A stretch of 64,000 nucleotides of DNA from Octopus vulgaris. Lineage: Eukaryota. The stretch spans positions 33,914,001 to 33,978,000 of the forward strand of contig OX597824.1 in assembly GCA_951406725.2 (NCBI GenBank). Direction: 5' to 3'. The stretch's first letter is position 1. Each line of letters opens with the position of its first letter. The notes under the pieces were generated by a model. The model was given only the letters and a program-made list of their open reading frames with translations, ran no database searches and had not been told where the DNA came from. The translations under genes and the position numbers were made by a program. Shown piece by piece: positions 1-14,327 of this stretch.

Positions 1-675
1 CATCTTCAGTCTTCTAACCTTTCACTGGTTCAAAAACCATTCCTTTTTCCTAAGAAAATAGAAGGTACAGCTTCGTGATTTCCATCAAATCAATTTGGAT
101 CCCTGTCGAAATTTTATCAATAATAAAATTAAGAATAGAACAACCATCCAACCCATGCCAACATGGAACATGATGTTAAATAATGATCAACATCATCATT
201 ATTTCTCATTATAAAGAAGTAGTTTGAATATGTTACAAGAGTTTCCATGAAATCTACTCCCACCTAAAAATAATTACAGCCTGTTAAGGCCCTCATGCTT
301 TCCGAAATCCGTCGAAACTACACCTGATTATATATGCACTTTAGATGAGTTGTAGTGCACCTGAGCACTGTACACAATGTTTATTATTATTTTATTTTTA
401 TACTATAGTTAGTAAATTAATTTCTGAATATACCAGAAGGACTATATTGCAAATATGATCCCAAAGCAGTTATCTCAAAAAGTAAAGCATTTTCCTATTT
501 TGAAGACGACATAAACAAAATTAACCAAAGTAATTTCTTCAACAATTTGTTGCTTTCCTGGAAGCAGAGAGAACAGCCAAATAGATTAAGATTTTATTTT
601 GTATGCAATCAGATATATATCCTTATATGGTTTTGCATGTATGTATGTATATATATTCTTTTCTTTCTTTTATTC

Positions 676-1100
676 TTTTACTTGTTTCAGTCATTTGACT
701 GTGTCCATGCTGGAGCACCGCCTTTAGTCAAGCAAATCGACCCCAGAGCTTATTCACTGTAAGCGTAGTATTTATTCTATTGGTCTCCTTTGCCGAACCG
801 CTAAGTTACGGGGACGTAAACACACCAGCATCGGTTGTCAAGCAATGTTGGGGGGACAAACACAGACACACAAACATATACACACACACACTCACACACA
901 CACACACACATATTTATATATATATATATATATATACATATACGACGGGCTTCTTCCAGTTTCTGGCTACCAAATCCACTCACAAGGCTTTGGTCAGCCT
1001 GAAGCTCTAGTAGAAGACACTTGCCCAAGGTGCCATGCAGTGGGATTGAACCCATGACCATGCGGTTGGCAAGCAGGCTACTTACCACACATCCACTCCT
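676..1100 (-). mobile_element. tRNA-derived SINE family A (~400 bp)
   Basis: Reverse complement of the family consensus GGAGTGGCTGTGTGGTAAG...GGTTCAGTCCC...GACTGAAACAAGTAAAAG. Confidence 0.85.
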
Positions 1101-2384
1101 CATCATCATCATTTAATGTCCACCTTCCATGCTGACAAGGGTTGGACAGTTTGACAGGAGCTGGCCAGGCAGAAGACTACACCAGACTTCTGTGTCTGCT
1201 TTGACATGGTTTTTATGGCTGGATGCCCTTCATAACACCAACCATGTTGACATGAGCGTGATTGTTGAACAGGGGCTAACAAACCAGAGGACTGTGCCAA
1301 GCTCCAATGTCTGTCTTGGTATGTTTTCTATGGCTGAATGCCTTCGTAATGCCAACCCCTTTACAAAGTTCACTGGGTACTCTTTTCCCTGGCACTAGTG
1401 AGGTCACCATACAACTCATAAGACTAAGATCTCCTTTGACTGAATGGGGCCACTGTGGAAAGGAAGGTGACTTTATGATAGGAGATGAAGGGTTAAAGTA
1501 TGGGGGAAGGGATAGAACAGATTTCTTAGAGTAAAAGGGCTACATGACTAAGCCACACTATAGAAGACAAGATGGGAATAGCCAAGGTAGAGCTGAAAAG
1601 AGAGATGAAGTAGTGATGATGAGGTGTCAGGGTGGATCTCAAGATATGAGGTGAGTAGAAGTGGTTGTAGGTGGGTAGAGGGAGAATGAGAGATGATTAG
1701 ATGGGGAACAACCGAAGGAGTGAATTTAATGAACAGAGAATAGAAAGAGAGAGTATGTGTGTGTGTGTTTATAAGTGTAAATTAGTATGCCAACTTACAT
1801 TCCTTTATGTTGCAAACAACAACTGAGCCTTTTAGTAAATAAAAATAATGTACCAGACTCAAGCACGTACTGTGGTAAAATGCGATCGAATAAAACCGTT
1901 GAAAGCAGTACCCCTAGTAGAGTATAACCACAGACTGATGACTATAATCGAATAAAAGAATTGTTTTATTTCATTTTTATGTCCACTTTTACCATGGGTT
2001 GAATAAGACACTTTGAGGCAATTTTTTATGATTGGATGTTCTCGATAGCAAACCAACAGAGATTAATAAATGGTACAGCTGCCCGAGTAGTATCATTGTG
2101 AAGAGGCATGAGGACAAATACACACACTTAAACACATACACACATACATGGTGGGCTTCCATACAGTTTCAGTCCAACAAATTTCATTTACAAAGAGCTA
2201 CTGATTAATTCAAAGCTATAGAATAAGATACTTGACCAAGAGGCCATGCTGTGGGACTGAACCTGAAGCCTTGTGGTTGCAAAGTGAACTTCTAAACCAC
2301 ATGGCCATGTCTGCATGTAAGTTGTATGTGAGGAAATAGAAAAATAAAAGAATATAAAAGAAATGCATAAAACCAAACACTAAC

Positions 2385-2477
2385 CTGTGCAAAAGATGAG
2401 CTTCAAGTTCTGAACGGGGCAATACATCTTCACAGTAATCCACATTGGGACAAACAACCAATAATTTATCTAGCAAC
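2385..2477 (-). CDS. LNX: LNX-like E3 ligase, next coding exon (post-RING zinc finger)
   Basis: 93-nt phase 2/2 exon with acceptor TTCTTTCAG|G and donor AG|GTTAGT. Encodes (R)LLDKLLVVCPNVDYCEDVLPRSELEAHLLHR, in frame with the RING exon and similar to vertebrate LNX2 KLLDKLLVLCP...CDLEAHLKNR. The gene continues beyond the window start. Confidence 0.9.
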
Positions 2478-4692
2478 CTGAAAGAACAAAATTAGAACAA
2501 TTATACATGAGACATAATGAAATATATTGAGTAGAACATTTTCACAAAAATACATCATCATCATTTAATTTTCCATGTTCCATGCTGGCAAGGGCTGAAC
2601 GGTCTGATGGGCCCCAGGACTACATTGTGCTCCAATGTCTGCTTCAGTACAGTTTCTACAGCTGGATGCCCTTCCTAATGCCAACAATTTTACAATGTGA
2701 ACTGGGTGCTTTTTTTCTTGCCACTGGCACTAGTGAGGTTGCTATGTGGCCCACAAGACTACAACACCCTAGAGGGAAGGTGGGGGGCTTCATGCAAAGA
2801 GATGAGGGATTAAAGTATGAGAGAAAGGGACGGGGCAGAGTAAGGAGCTACATTGTTACTCACATTTAGAGGCGAAACTGAAATGAATCAATAGCATCTC
2901 CAAAGAAATGAAGCATGGTGATGGGGTGTCCAGACAGCCCCTCAAGATAATGAGGTGAGTAGAAGTGTAAAAGTAAGCTGGGACAAAAATATTCCTTCTA
3001 TTTTATTATTATTTTAACAAAAGTTTTCTATAGTTGTATGAGTGTAAAAACTCAGTCTCTACTTGTTTTAATCTTGTTTCAACTTGTCTGTAAATCCCAG
3101 TGTGATGAGATCAGTAACCTGATCTCATCACTTCTTTACTCATTTTCCTTAGTCTCCTTAAGTTCACTTGTGTTCTGTCTGTCATGCAAAATAACATCAC
3201 ATATCCAAATGATTGTTCTCCTTCACTTTCCTCCAACTTCAATGCCCATATCTTACACATGCTTCATACCATCAGCCACTAGCATCAGAATAAGAAGACT
3301 GCACATGCTGACAATTTGGCATGGGTGTCTTTTGACATTCAACCTGTTTTAGCAACATTACATTTGGTATTGGAGAGAAACACATATGCACATGAGTAGA
3401 AATATGCATATGGAGAGAGGGAGAGGTAGAGAGAGAGAGAGAGACAGCTATTACAAGTTATTAATTGAACACAATTGGCATGAACACTTTCCTTCTCCTT
3501 ATACACATGAAGACAAATATGATTAGACACATAAACAGAGAAAGAGAAGGTGAGAGGGGAGAGGAATGGACAGGGAATAGAAAGAGAGAACAAGGGAAGC
3601 ATTAAAATATCTGATGTCAAATAAGTCAGCATCAAATCATTGATGCCAAAACAGCTGCAATTTTAACCAACAAAAGTAGCATCCCCCGAACTATTTTGTG
3701 GTTCTGTTATGAATAAATATTTGAGTGCCATGTAAAAAGCACCCATGCAAGCATCACATTAAAAGCTTCCATGCCAGTGACACGTAATAGCACCTGTACT
3801 GGCACTACATAAAAGCACCTGTGCAGGTGCCACATAAAAAGCATCCAGCCATAGGAAACATGCCAAATCAGACTGAAACCCGGTGCAGCTCTCCTACTTG
3901 CCAGCTCTAGACAAACCATTCAACCTATGCCAGCATGGAAAACAGGCATATGATGATGATGATGATAATGATGATGATGCATGTAAACAGCTAAAACTTT
4001 GGATTGGAGACAATAACTTTTGGTTTGTGACATTCTTCAAAATTCTTCAATGACAACCAGGTCATCAACATACAGAAACCCTCAAGTTGGAGAGAACTGA
4101 GAGGAAGACAACAGCTCTGGTCAATGAATACAAAATGCACAGTATTCAATATTGATCTTTACTTTTGCACACATCATTCACTGCCCAAACAGCTGTCAGA
4201 AGAAGGAGAAAAGAGAATATACAGCTGGCAGTCTAAGGTCAACAAATGCAAAGGCAAAATGTTTAGTTTACATTATCAACATTTTTTGCAGTTGTTCACA
4301 AGGAAATCGGTTCTTGTAGTTCCGCATTGTAGTATAAAGCCAAACCATATCCAGTCAAAGCTAACATGATTTTGCAATATCACTTCTCAAAAATGTTCAT
4401 ATCTTGCCCTATTACTTCATATGTGTGCATGTGTGTGTAAAACACAGAAGCAGAAAAATTGATTTAAAGTAAAAATGGATGACTTATGACTTCAAAAGTA
4501 AATAAGGACATGGAAAAAAAAAAATCAATAAATTCAAACTTGGTGCAATAATTTCCAGTATGAAAAATAACATAAAACTGTTTGGAGCCAAAACCATATG
4601 TATAACTTATAACTTGATCAATGGAAAGCCATATAAAATAAAAACTATAGAAAAATTTGTACAAGGATCAAATGGGATGGTCAGAGGGAATC

Positions 4693-4904
4693 AATAATAA
4701 GATAAGAACACATCCAACATATCCAAATAATAATAAAAAGAATAACAATATGCGGTAGGGAGAAATGGTTATATGTATATATTTATGATTTTGAAAAATA
4801 ATAAGATAAGAACACATCCAACATATCCAAATAATAATAAAAAGAGTAACAATATGCAGTAGGGAGAAATGGTTATATGTATATATATTTATGATTTTGA
4901 AAAA
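4693..4904. repeat. ~105-bp tandem duplication
   Basis: AATAATAAGATAAGAACACATCC...ATGATTTTGAAAA occurs twice, nearly identical. Confidence 0.85.
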
Positions 4905-6830
4905 CGTCTGTTCAATAACTCAGATTTTCAGCTTAAAGTTGATTTATACTGAAACAGCATAAAATACTTCTCACTGAAACATAACAAATATTTCAAGAAA
5001 TAGTAGTAGAACCCATTTCTGTGTAGTATTGCTCTTTCTAGGACTGACCAGAACATTTTGAAAGGTGCTGAATCAGATTCTTACAATTGCCATACATGTT
5101 TGACCAGACTCATTGGGGACCAATAGACTGGGTATTTGGAAGAAATTTTGTGCAGATAAAACCTCACCATGAAGCTGTTTTACAAGTCTATTATCAACTT
5201 AAACCTTATATCTATATACAACTTCTTTGGTCAGCCAGTCGCCATTTAAGAGGCAGTTTTTAGGGTTTGTACAATTAGATATAAGGTTATTTTCATTTCC
5301 ATTAGCTTCAGCAAGTCTTTTCACATTCTGTTAGTTAACCACCAAGACAAAGTGCTTACAACTTTTAGGATACTTCAGTCAAATATTCTCTAATACTTAT
5401 GATACCTGGGAACATGCCTAGATATTAAATTTAAGAGTTCCCTGGGTATATTAGTCCTAACATTCATAATAAATGTTCAACTGAACCACAAATCCTTTCT
5501 AGTCTGAATTCTGTGAAATCTCCTAGGGTTATTTTTATTGTCTACATAATGGATCTGCTCAGAGAACCCACAATTTTAAGAGCATTGTTTTAATAAGATG
5601 AGGCCATGTTGAAGGTTGCTTCATCCACTGACAAAAAGGAGATCTTAACTATATTAAGGATACAAGATGAATGATAATAATTTACTTGGTTCCAGGTTCA
5701 GTCCCACTGCATGATACCTCTACTATAGCTTCAGGCCAACTAAAGCCTTATGAGCGGATTTGGTAGATAGAAACGAAAAGAAGCCCATGGTGTGTATGTG
5801 TGTGTGTGTATATATATATAATGTTATATGTATGTGTCTTTGTGTCTGTCCTTGTCACCACCATTATCACTTGACAACCAGTGTTGGTGTGTTTACATCA
5901 CTGTAACTTAGCAGTTTGGCAAAAGGGACCAATAGAATAAGTACTAGGCTTTAAAAGAAAACGTCCTGGGGTGGATATGTTCAACTAAAAACCCTTCAAG
6001 GCAGTGCCCCAGCATGACTACAGTCTAATGACTGAAACAAAGAAAAGACAAAAGATAGAACAGTCTTTCACTAGGCTTGCAGTAAGGCCTAAACCCGCTA
6101 GATTCTAAATCTAGAATAATATCTAAGAAGTTGACACTACTAGGTTTGTATCAACTTTGATCCTTAAATTCATAAACTGGATAAACACAATCAGATCCTT
6201 CTTAAGCCTATCAAACTCATGACCATTAATTTTACAGATACTAATATGTTCATCATCTCTGTATATACCCGTACTTAAGTTTGGAAATTCTTTGTGTAAA
6301 GAATCCAGAACAGATGCATCTTAACTATGCATAATTCTGCTGTTTCATCATATTCACCCATATGCACATCACACAAATTATTCCTATTTTTCTCAATTAA
6401 GAATTGTTTAAAAATAATGATTTCCTAGTGTGCAGGATGGTATCAATATCTGAGCCACTAATGGGTGGGTGTATATGCCTTAGTGAAATCCATAGCTTTT
6501 AATAGCAGAGGTCTGGTTATAGATGGGTAAAAGTCTGAGTAAACTTACAGCTAGGTTTCTCATTAATTTAAACCAAACTAATGACAGACTTGTTGTTATC
6601 CCATATGGAAAGTTCTATAATATCTCTAATCCTCAATAAATATCTAAAATATTCTTACTAATTATACCAACTCAATCTTACTGGGGTTCCTTGCCTGCCT
6701 GCTTATCTATCTAGTTATCTCTTGTTATTTATTTCTGATTAGCAGAAGTCAAGTCTTGATTAATGCAGAGCTGCTACCGATAATGTTACTATGCATGTCA
6801 GAAACTGATATGTCAGCATTTTAATTTAAA
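4905..6830 (-). mobile_element. decayed Penelope-like element (RT + GIY-YIG remnants), interrupted by a SINE
   Basis: Minus-strand remnants FYPSITRPLLLKAMDF, IYRDD, MNVRTNIPRELLNLISRHVP, SLVKHVWQL, LCFSEKYF..KSELLNR, with many stops. Confidence 0.75.
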
Positions 6831-7307
6831 AAGTCAAGTTTTGTGGATGTGAGTTCAAATTCCAGCCATGACCAAGTGTAGCTATTTATGTAATAATTTG
6901 CTATAAATGATTTTTTCATCACTAATGCCATGGAAAAAAGAGGGCTTGGTACATGTACACATTTTAATCTCGTTAACAAGTCAGTCAGTCCAATCAAATT
7001 GATTCCATCAGATCTGAGGAGCTACCAGACACTTGCCAGGGGAAAGAACTCTTCAGTATTATTAAAACCCAGTTGGTTCATAGCCTCTCCAAAGTATCAT
7101 CATCAAGAGGAATTCACTTTATATGGAAGACAACAAATGCACTAAATAGTTTCCTTTTATCAAGGAGACCTAAACAGGTGAAGATGGTTATCCCTTTTAC
7201 AGAAGAACACCAAAAGGTAGAGGTATCTAAATTATGGTTGGACAACATGAAAAGAACAACAGCTGGCTAGTTCACTACTGTGCATTCCTGGTCAAGGTAT
7301 TTAATGG

Positions 7308-7539
7308 GCACAAGGCGGTGAGCTGGCAGAATCGTTAGCACGGTGGGCGAAATGCGTAACCATATTTCGTCTGCCATTACATTCTGAGTTCAAATTCCGC
7401 CGAGGTCGACTTTGCCTTTCATCCTTTCAGGGTCAATAAATTAAGTACCAGTTACGCACTGGGATCAATGTAATCGACTTAATCCGTTTGTCCTTGTTTG
7501 TCCCCTCTGTGTTTAGCCCCTTGTGGGTAGTAAAGAAAT
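7308..7539 (+). mobile_element. SINE family B with TSD AGGTATTTAATGGG
   Basis: GGCGGTGAGCTGGCAGAA...GAGTTCAAATTCC...GTCGACTTTGCCTTTCATCCTTTC...tail GTTTGTCCCCTCTGTG, with a direct repeat on both flanks. Confidence 0.85.
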
Positions 7540-8564
7540 AGGTATTTAATGGGTACTTCATTTTTGAATTACATAATTAAATGCAATTTGTGAATATATC
7601 AAGGTATATGATGCTGCAATGTTTTTCTAACAAAGCAAAATAGCCATAGTGAAGCCCCTCAATTGCAGCAGAGATGATGTATCAGTAGCAATGGGGCTAA
7701 CACTTTCATGTTTCCCTTTCATGAAGATATCTTAGCATTCAATTTGTCCACTGGTCAAAGTGGTTTACTCCATTCAAACAACTGCTATAAAGCAAACATA
7801 AATTCCAAGAAACATAAATGATTACAGCCTTTTCAAGCTGAGCCAGTATTATGGTCCATTTGCAAAACCATTGTTGCACCATCATATTTTGTCTTACTAT
7901 ACATGGAACAACAAGGAATGGAAATGAAGAAAGCAAAGTGCCCCTGTTGAAAGCCAATCTGACAAGTTTTGATAATATCATTAAGAAGAGATTATATTGT
8001 ACACCCCAGTCAGCATGAATGCTTCTTCCTGTGACTCCTCCTCACAAAGTACAAGGTTCCAAGTTCATTTCAAGATCTAATAGTAAATGGCCAAGCCTGC
8101 ACAACCTCTACTTGAATTGCTGGAGTGTAATGGCACAGGGGTCACAATATAGTAGGAATATACTGTATTTCAAACAGCCAAGAGTTTTAGGATCCTTTTC
8201 ACTGTTAAAATACTGAGAGACATCCAATCTCCATCACCTTCGGTTCAGGTATCAAGCAAAGACTGCTAAAGCTTTTAAACATCAAATCCCATAGATGTAC
8301 CACAAAATGGAAATAGAATACATAGATTAAATCTATAATGCAGCTTTCATTGACAAGCTCAAGGATGTAAATGATCAAGAACTCCAACAATTAAAAGCTA
8401 GCAACAGGAATTTCGAAAGATGCACCATACAATGTTGACATACTAATAGCATATGTCAATGAGAATGAACCCAAACTCACTGCAGAACAAGAAGGTAATC
8501 TGTTCTGCTAGTTTTGGCAAAGTTTGACAAGAAGTTGAATATGCTTCCATGATATTTATAGTAG

Positions 8565-8810
8565 GGCAGCGAGCTGGCAGAAACGTTAGCACACCGGGCG
8601 AAATGCTTAGCGGTATTGCGTCTGTCGTTGCGTTGAGTTCAAACTCCGCCGAGGTCGACTTTGCCTTTCATCCTTTCGGGGTCGACTTTGCCTTTCATCC
8701 TTTCGGGGTCGATAAATTAAGTACCAGTTACGCACTGGGGTCGATGTAATCGACTTAAACCGTTTGTCTGTCCCCTCTATGTTTAGCCCCTTGTGGGCAA
8801 TAAAGAAACA
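8565..8810 (+). mobile_element. SINE family B with ~17-bp TSD and internal 27-bp duplication
   Basis: GATATTTATAGTAGGGC at 8551 and 8811. GTCGACTTTGCCTTTCATCCTTTCGGG occurs twice. Confidence 0.88.
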
Positions 8811-9469
8811 GATATTTATAGTAGGGCTGGAAAGTTCAATCAAGATCAATCTACAGCTTGCCAAGTGCATCAACATAAAGGTATCATAGTCATTCTTAAT
8901 GCCTACTTTTCCATGTCAGCAGCATGGGTCAGTCAGAATTTGTTGAGCCAAATCTTCTACAGCGAACCCTCAGCTGATTTCAAAAAAAGGAATATTCCCT
9001 CATGGCCAGACATATTTTCACAGAAGATTGGAAATAAAGGATGCCACTTGTATGAAAGAGGCACTCATAACTATTGTGAGCTGTCAAGACAAGGGAACAC
9101 ACAAAGGGCCTCCTCAGTTTCTGTCTACCAGATATCTCACAAGGCCTTGGTCAACCCAGGGCCACAGCAGAAGAAACCTGCTCAAGGCATCATGCAGTGG
9201 AACAAAATATGAAATGATGTGGTTGAGAAGCAAACCTCCCAACTACTGCCCCGTGGACAAGTGTTCCCACCAAAGCCCTGAAAATATACATGGCAGATGG
9301 AAACTAAAAGACGGTTGTCTAACACACAAACACACACACAGACACATACATAGACACATATATCTACATTCACATATATACACATATAAACATACAAACA
9401 TATACACACACATATAAACATACAAATATATATATATACATATACACATACACACAAATACACACACAG

Positions 9470-9520
<51 letters not shown>

Positions 9521-10434
9521 ATTCATACACATTTCATATATACATAATATATTTAAATGCATATAATATAAAACACACACATATACATGTAAACACACAC
9601 ACACATGCACATGTGTGTATATATCTTTATATGCAGATATATATTTTTTCAATTTTTACTGAGACTGTATAAGTAAAGAAATATATTTCACTGTGTAAAC
9701 ACAAATGCCTTTAGAAGTAAGAAAAGTTATTTAATAAAATTCACACTGTTTACAGTAAAGATATTATTTTTTCCATTATTTTAAAAATAAAACAACATCA
9801 AACCAATGCTGTAATAGAAAAACAACACAAGCATAAAAACCATAGCCAATTTAGAAAACATGTTTAATATATTAGTGAAGGAAAGAATAGCACTAAGAAT
9901 AAAAGGAACGTGATTTCTTTTTCATAAAGATAGCGGTGTGAGTGAGAAGTAATGAAAAACTTAAGGCCAGGAAATTAGCAAATCATCATCATCTTCATCA
10001 TCACCATCAATTTAACATTCAGGTTGTATGGGTGGAACAGAGTTTATCAGGCAGATTTTCTATGGCCAGTTGCCGTTCTCATTGCCAACCATCACCTGAT
10101 TCCAAGTAAGGTAATATTTCCCAATTGCCAGGCATGTCTCCACAGAATACCGGAAACGAATGACACTGCTTGTATGACAGTGATAATCATTTACAACTAT
10201 CAAACAATGTCAAGATCAATGATATAAAAACATACAAACATGTACAAAACACATGTATGTATGTGTGCAGTAAACTCCCGACTCTGGTGTCACTCTGTTG
10301 GTTCTGCTAAATATTAACCCATCATAGGCCAGTGGGGTCCCTTGGAACCCCAGCAAATTTTAAAAGCTACGCAACTTTTACGTTTTTATTTAAATGATTT
10401 TATATCTCATCACTTTTATTGTTAATAGTTTATA

Positions 10435-10835
10435 GGCACAGGAGTGGCTGTGTGGTAAGTAGCTTGCTAACCAACCACATGGTTCCAGGTTCAGTCCCAC
10501 TGCGTGGCATCTTGGGCAAGTGTCTTCTACTATAGCCCCGGGCCGACCAATGCCTTGTGAGTGGATTTGGTAGACGGAAACTGAAAGAAGCCCGTCGTAT
10601 ATATGTATATATATATATGTGTGTGTTTGTGTGTCTGTGTTTGTCCCCCTAGCACTGCTTGACAACCGATGCTGGTGTGTTTACGTCCCCGTCACTTAGC
10701 GGTTTGGCAAAAGAGACCGATAGAATAAGTACTGAGCTTACAAAGAATAAGTCCTGGGGTCGATTTGCTCGACTAAAGGCGGTGCTCCAGCATGGCCGCA
10801 GTCAAATGACTGAAACAAGTAAAAGAGAAAAAAGA
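10435..10835 (+). mobile_element. SINE family A
   Basis: Full-length copy with pol III A/B-box-like head and internal (TA)/(TG) tract. Confidence 0.88.
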
Positions 10836-11930
10836 GAGTTTGCACATACAAATTTTGAGTTAAAAACTTCAGTTTTATGGATGTTGTAGCATAAAATATG
10901 GTCACTGGGGTTCAACTAGACCCCATTGGCCTTCAATGAAATTTTTTTCTGTTCTTTTTTCAGATAATCTGATGAACTATAAGTCAATTTTCTTCATATT
11001 TGTACTGGTATAAATCGATATACTTTTTTCATTTATTCTTTTTGTTTTATTTTATGTTTAGTGCTATATGTATAGTTTATAAAACTATAAAAAAAGTGCT
11101 AAATTTCTTGTTCTGTATCATACACTCACATATATATACAAGATTAAACAAATGTTACTTTATGGATAGTGCAGAAATATGCAAAAACAAAAGTGGACCC
11201 CAAAGGTCTTTTGTGTAATTCCAATCCAGCCAGCCCACAAAGGGTTAATAAATATATATATATACTTTGAGTTCTATGACAGACATGCACTCTCCAATTT
11301 ATTGTAGAGGTGTGTCGGGGTGTATTCATGTGTGTGTACATCTCTGTGTGGATGTGTGGGTTTAGGGTTGGATGTGGATGTGGATGTTTTGCTTGTACGG
11401 TGTGGTGGAGGTCGGGCGGTTCTCAATTGACCAACCGTGAGGAAGATAATGATAATTTTAAATTCAAATCCAATAGTATATTTATGCCATAATGAAAATT
11501 ATTAACTGGAACACAGACATACATATATTCTGCTCTGGATCATAATGTAAGAGTTATTAATAATATTATGAATGATAACAATGATAACATTAATTGTATT
11601 GACAACGATAATGATACTAACTTTAATGACACTTTGGAAACTATTATGAAGTAATATAATGTACTATTGACTATGTATATTTACATCTAGGTATTAATTT
11701 GTGTATGTTTATTATCACAATATTAAGTCGAAAAACTGAGACATTGGGTGTGGAACACATATATATGTTTACTAATTTATATTATTTATTTATATCATTA
11801 TGTAAATGTATATTTTTTTATATGTATAGGAGTGTGAGTATATGCACTCATATGTATATATATATGTTGTATTGTGGGTACGCACCCATACTCATGTGGG
11901 TATATGTGTAGACTGTGTTATATTACATAA

Positions 11931-12055
11931 TCTCCGAAGAGGCCTTGTGATATTTTTGTTAATGTCTCATTTATATCTATATATTGACCAACCATAAAGG
12001 GCTAATATTGGTAAAATGAGACATAATTATCGACATGGCCGAAACAGCTGTAAGA
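11931..12055 (+). ncRNA. type I hammerhead ribozyme-like motif (PLE-type, long stem II)
   Basis: TCT-CCGAAGA-GGCC[~90-nt hairpin including ATGTCTCATTT/AAATGAGACAT]GGCC-GAAA-CAGCTG-TA-AGA. Palindromic stem III; core has C at position U4. Confidence 0.7.
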
Positions 12056-12474
12056 CCTAATTTATACTTATATTTATATTTACTTGTATTTATATTCTTT
12101 TTTTATATATATTCTAATTATTATACAACATTACTCTTTTATGTACACTTTTTTATGTACATTCCTTTATGTACACTGATTTGTTCTGCTTTTTATATTT
12201 AACCCTACAGTCTCTTATGTGGTGGTTTAATAAAGTATGTGATTGAGTATTATCTGGTAATTGATATTTGATTTAGATGTATTTCTCCATTTTCTTATCT
12301 TGTATTAGTAATTTGTGGTAAATCATTTTACCTTTGCCCATATAATACAGTAAATGAATTGATTGCATCGCAATCATTAACATTTATGTATTAACTTTGT
12401 TGGGTACTTCACTAGCAGTATATTGGATATACGTTATCCCATAGAGGGTTGCATTTACAACCCCTATCTCAATT

Positions 12475-12514
<40 letters not shown>

Positions 12515-12551
12515 CACACACACACACATATAAATATAAACAATAGATATG

Positions 12552-12698
12552 AATATATAAAGCAGGTGTACATGAAGTACAATCATTGCTAGAAACAGCA
12601 GCCAGTAAGTTTATGGCACTATGTAGAGCTTCACTGAATATTTACAGGCTGCTATTTCTAACAATGATCGTACTTTGTGTACACCTGCTTTATATATT
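12552..12698. repeat. imperfect inverted repeat (~55-bp arms)
   Basis: AATATATAAAGCAGGTGTACA...GCAGCC pairs with GGCTGC...TGTACACCTGCTTTATATATT. Confidence 0.75.
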
Positions 12699-12782
12699 TA
12701 TAATTCTACCTATATGGTGCTTTATTCTTGCTGGATATTAATGTTATTTTAATATATATATAAGGCGGACGTTAAACGACGA

Positions 12783-12825
<43 letters not shown>

Positions 12826-14076
12826 CATACATATATATATATATAGGTTATGAGAGGTAATGGTGTCATTGAGACCCAAAGGTGTCAGGTAATGCTGAAT
12901 AAGTGTTATAGATGGACCGCAGTTAAGTTCCAGGTTCGGTGATTGTGCGAATAAGGGGCTCAACATTGATCATATGTCAGCATGTGTATATAAAAATGTT
13001 ATTTATATCTATAAATGTTCTAAAATCTACACAGCCTTAGTTTTTTTAGGAATCTGATGTAGCCCTACAGCTTACCAATTTCAGTCAAACCATCTAACCC
13101 ATGCTAACATGGAAAGCAGACACTAAATGATGATGATATATATTCGACATACACATACAAACACATGGCAGGCTTCTTTATAGAAGGAGACACTTGCCTA
13201 AGGTGTTATGTAGTGGGACTGAATTTGAAACCATGTGGTTTGGAAGCAAACCACATCTGCACTTATCATGAAATAATTTTTAAAAGCATGGTCTGCCTTA
13301 ATAACCATGAGGGCCTGGGTTCACTCCAAAAGCATAGCAAGTAAGGTATCAAGAATGAGTGAAGAGGTGGGCAAACAGGTGCAAGATGATTAAACCAAGC
13401 CAGGCAAGTTGGCTTCAATCAATATTGGTGATATTGTTGAGTTTTACATTAAGTGTTTCAATGAAAACACACAACCTGAGCAAGCTGATGCATGTTGATA
13501 GGCATCTGCAGTCATAGCCATCCTATTTATGGGCAGCTTTGACTTAAAGAAAGGGAGAGAGGCAGTGGGACAGACAGGCAGACAGACAGACAGAGAAAGT
13601 GCTGAATATTTATTCAGTTGGAAGTCTTCTTAATGCTATTAGTTTTATAGATATCTGTTAGATATATGGCAACATAAATTGATACAGGCCCCGTCTTGGC
13701 ATCACCTGAATTCATCCACACTGCAAAGTTGTTTGTACTCAACGTAACATCAGAAGATTGTTTACAGTTCTATCAAGTACACAATGATATTGACACAAAC
13801 ATGTGATGCTAATGGGTTCATCAATACCATATCGTCACTAATGATAATTATTGGATTTTCAAATAAATTCAACACTCATAGGTTCTAAAAGCTATTTACA
13901 GCTGCCTTTTTGTGTGTTTTGTTGTCAGTTCTTACATAGATAAATAAATAAACAGCTAGATAGATCTATTTGGTTATTATTTGGCAGGGAGATTTTCAAA
14001 TATCTAACATAGAAAAATTGATCAATATTATCGAAATATATAACTCTGAAGAAAGAGGTGTATTTGAATATTTAAC

Positions 14077-14109
<33 letters not shown>

Positions 14110-14231
14110 TTTATTTAAAAGCAGCAGAAATTTAACAAAAGCTGTTACTCGGAGTTTCACATTTTTGTTCAAATGGGAACGTGAAACTCCGAGTAACAGC
14201 TTTTGTTAAATTTCTGCTGCTTTTAAATAAA
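14110..14231. repeat. ~50-bp-arm palindrome carrying hammerhead 3' halves
   Basis: TTTATTTAAAAGCAGCAGAAATTTAACAAAAGCTGTTACTCGGAGTTTCAC and its reverse complement. Each arm reads GT-GAAA-CTCCGAG-TA-ACAG outward. Related to 42485-42683. Confidence 0.8.
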
Positions 14232-14327
14232 GAATATTACTCTACCTCTGGTATTTGAGTACTCTTTTTTCCACCTTGTTTCACATTTATGTGTTTACTC
14301 CGGTATATATATATATATATATATATA

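Noticed and set aside
1-60. Minus-strand acceptor TTTTCTTAG|G as the next LNX exon
   Set aside because: In the required phase it hits TGA after 8 codons and does not resemble LNX.
6930-8550. Coding-like decayed sequence between SINEs
   Set aside because: Probably an old transposon fossil, but no motif could be assigned with confidence.
10390-10889. Recurrent ORFs such as MTTDAGVFTSP... and ...CPRCHAVGLN...
   Set aside because: They are frames through SINE family A copies, not a gene family.
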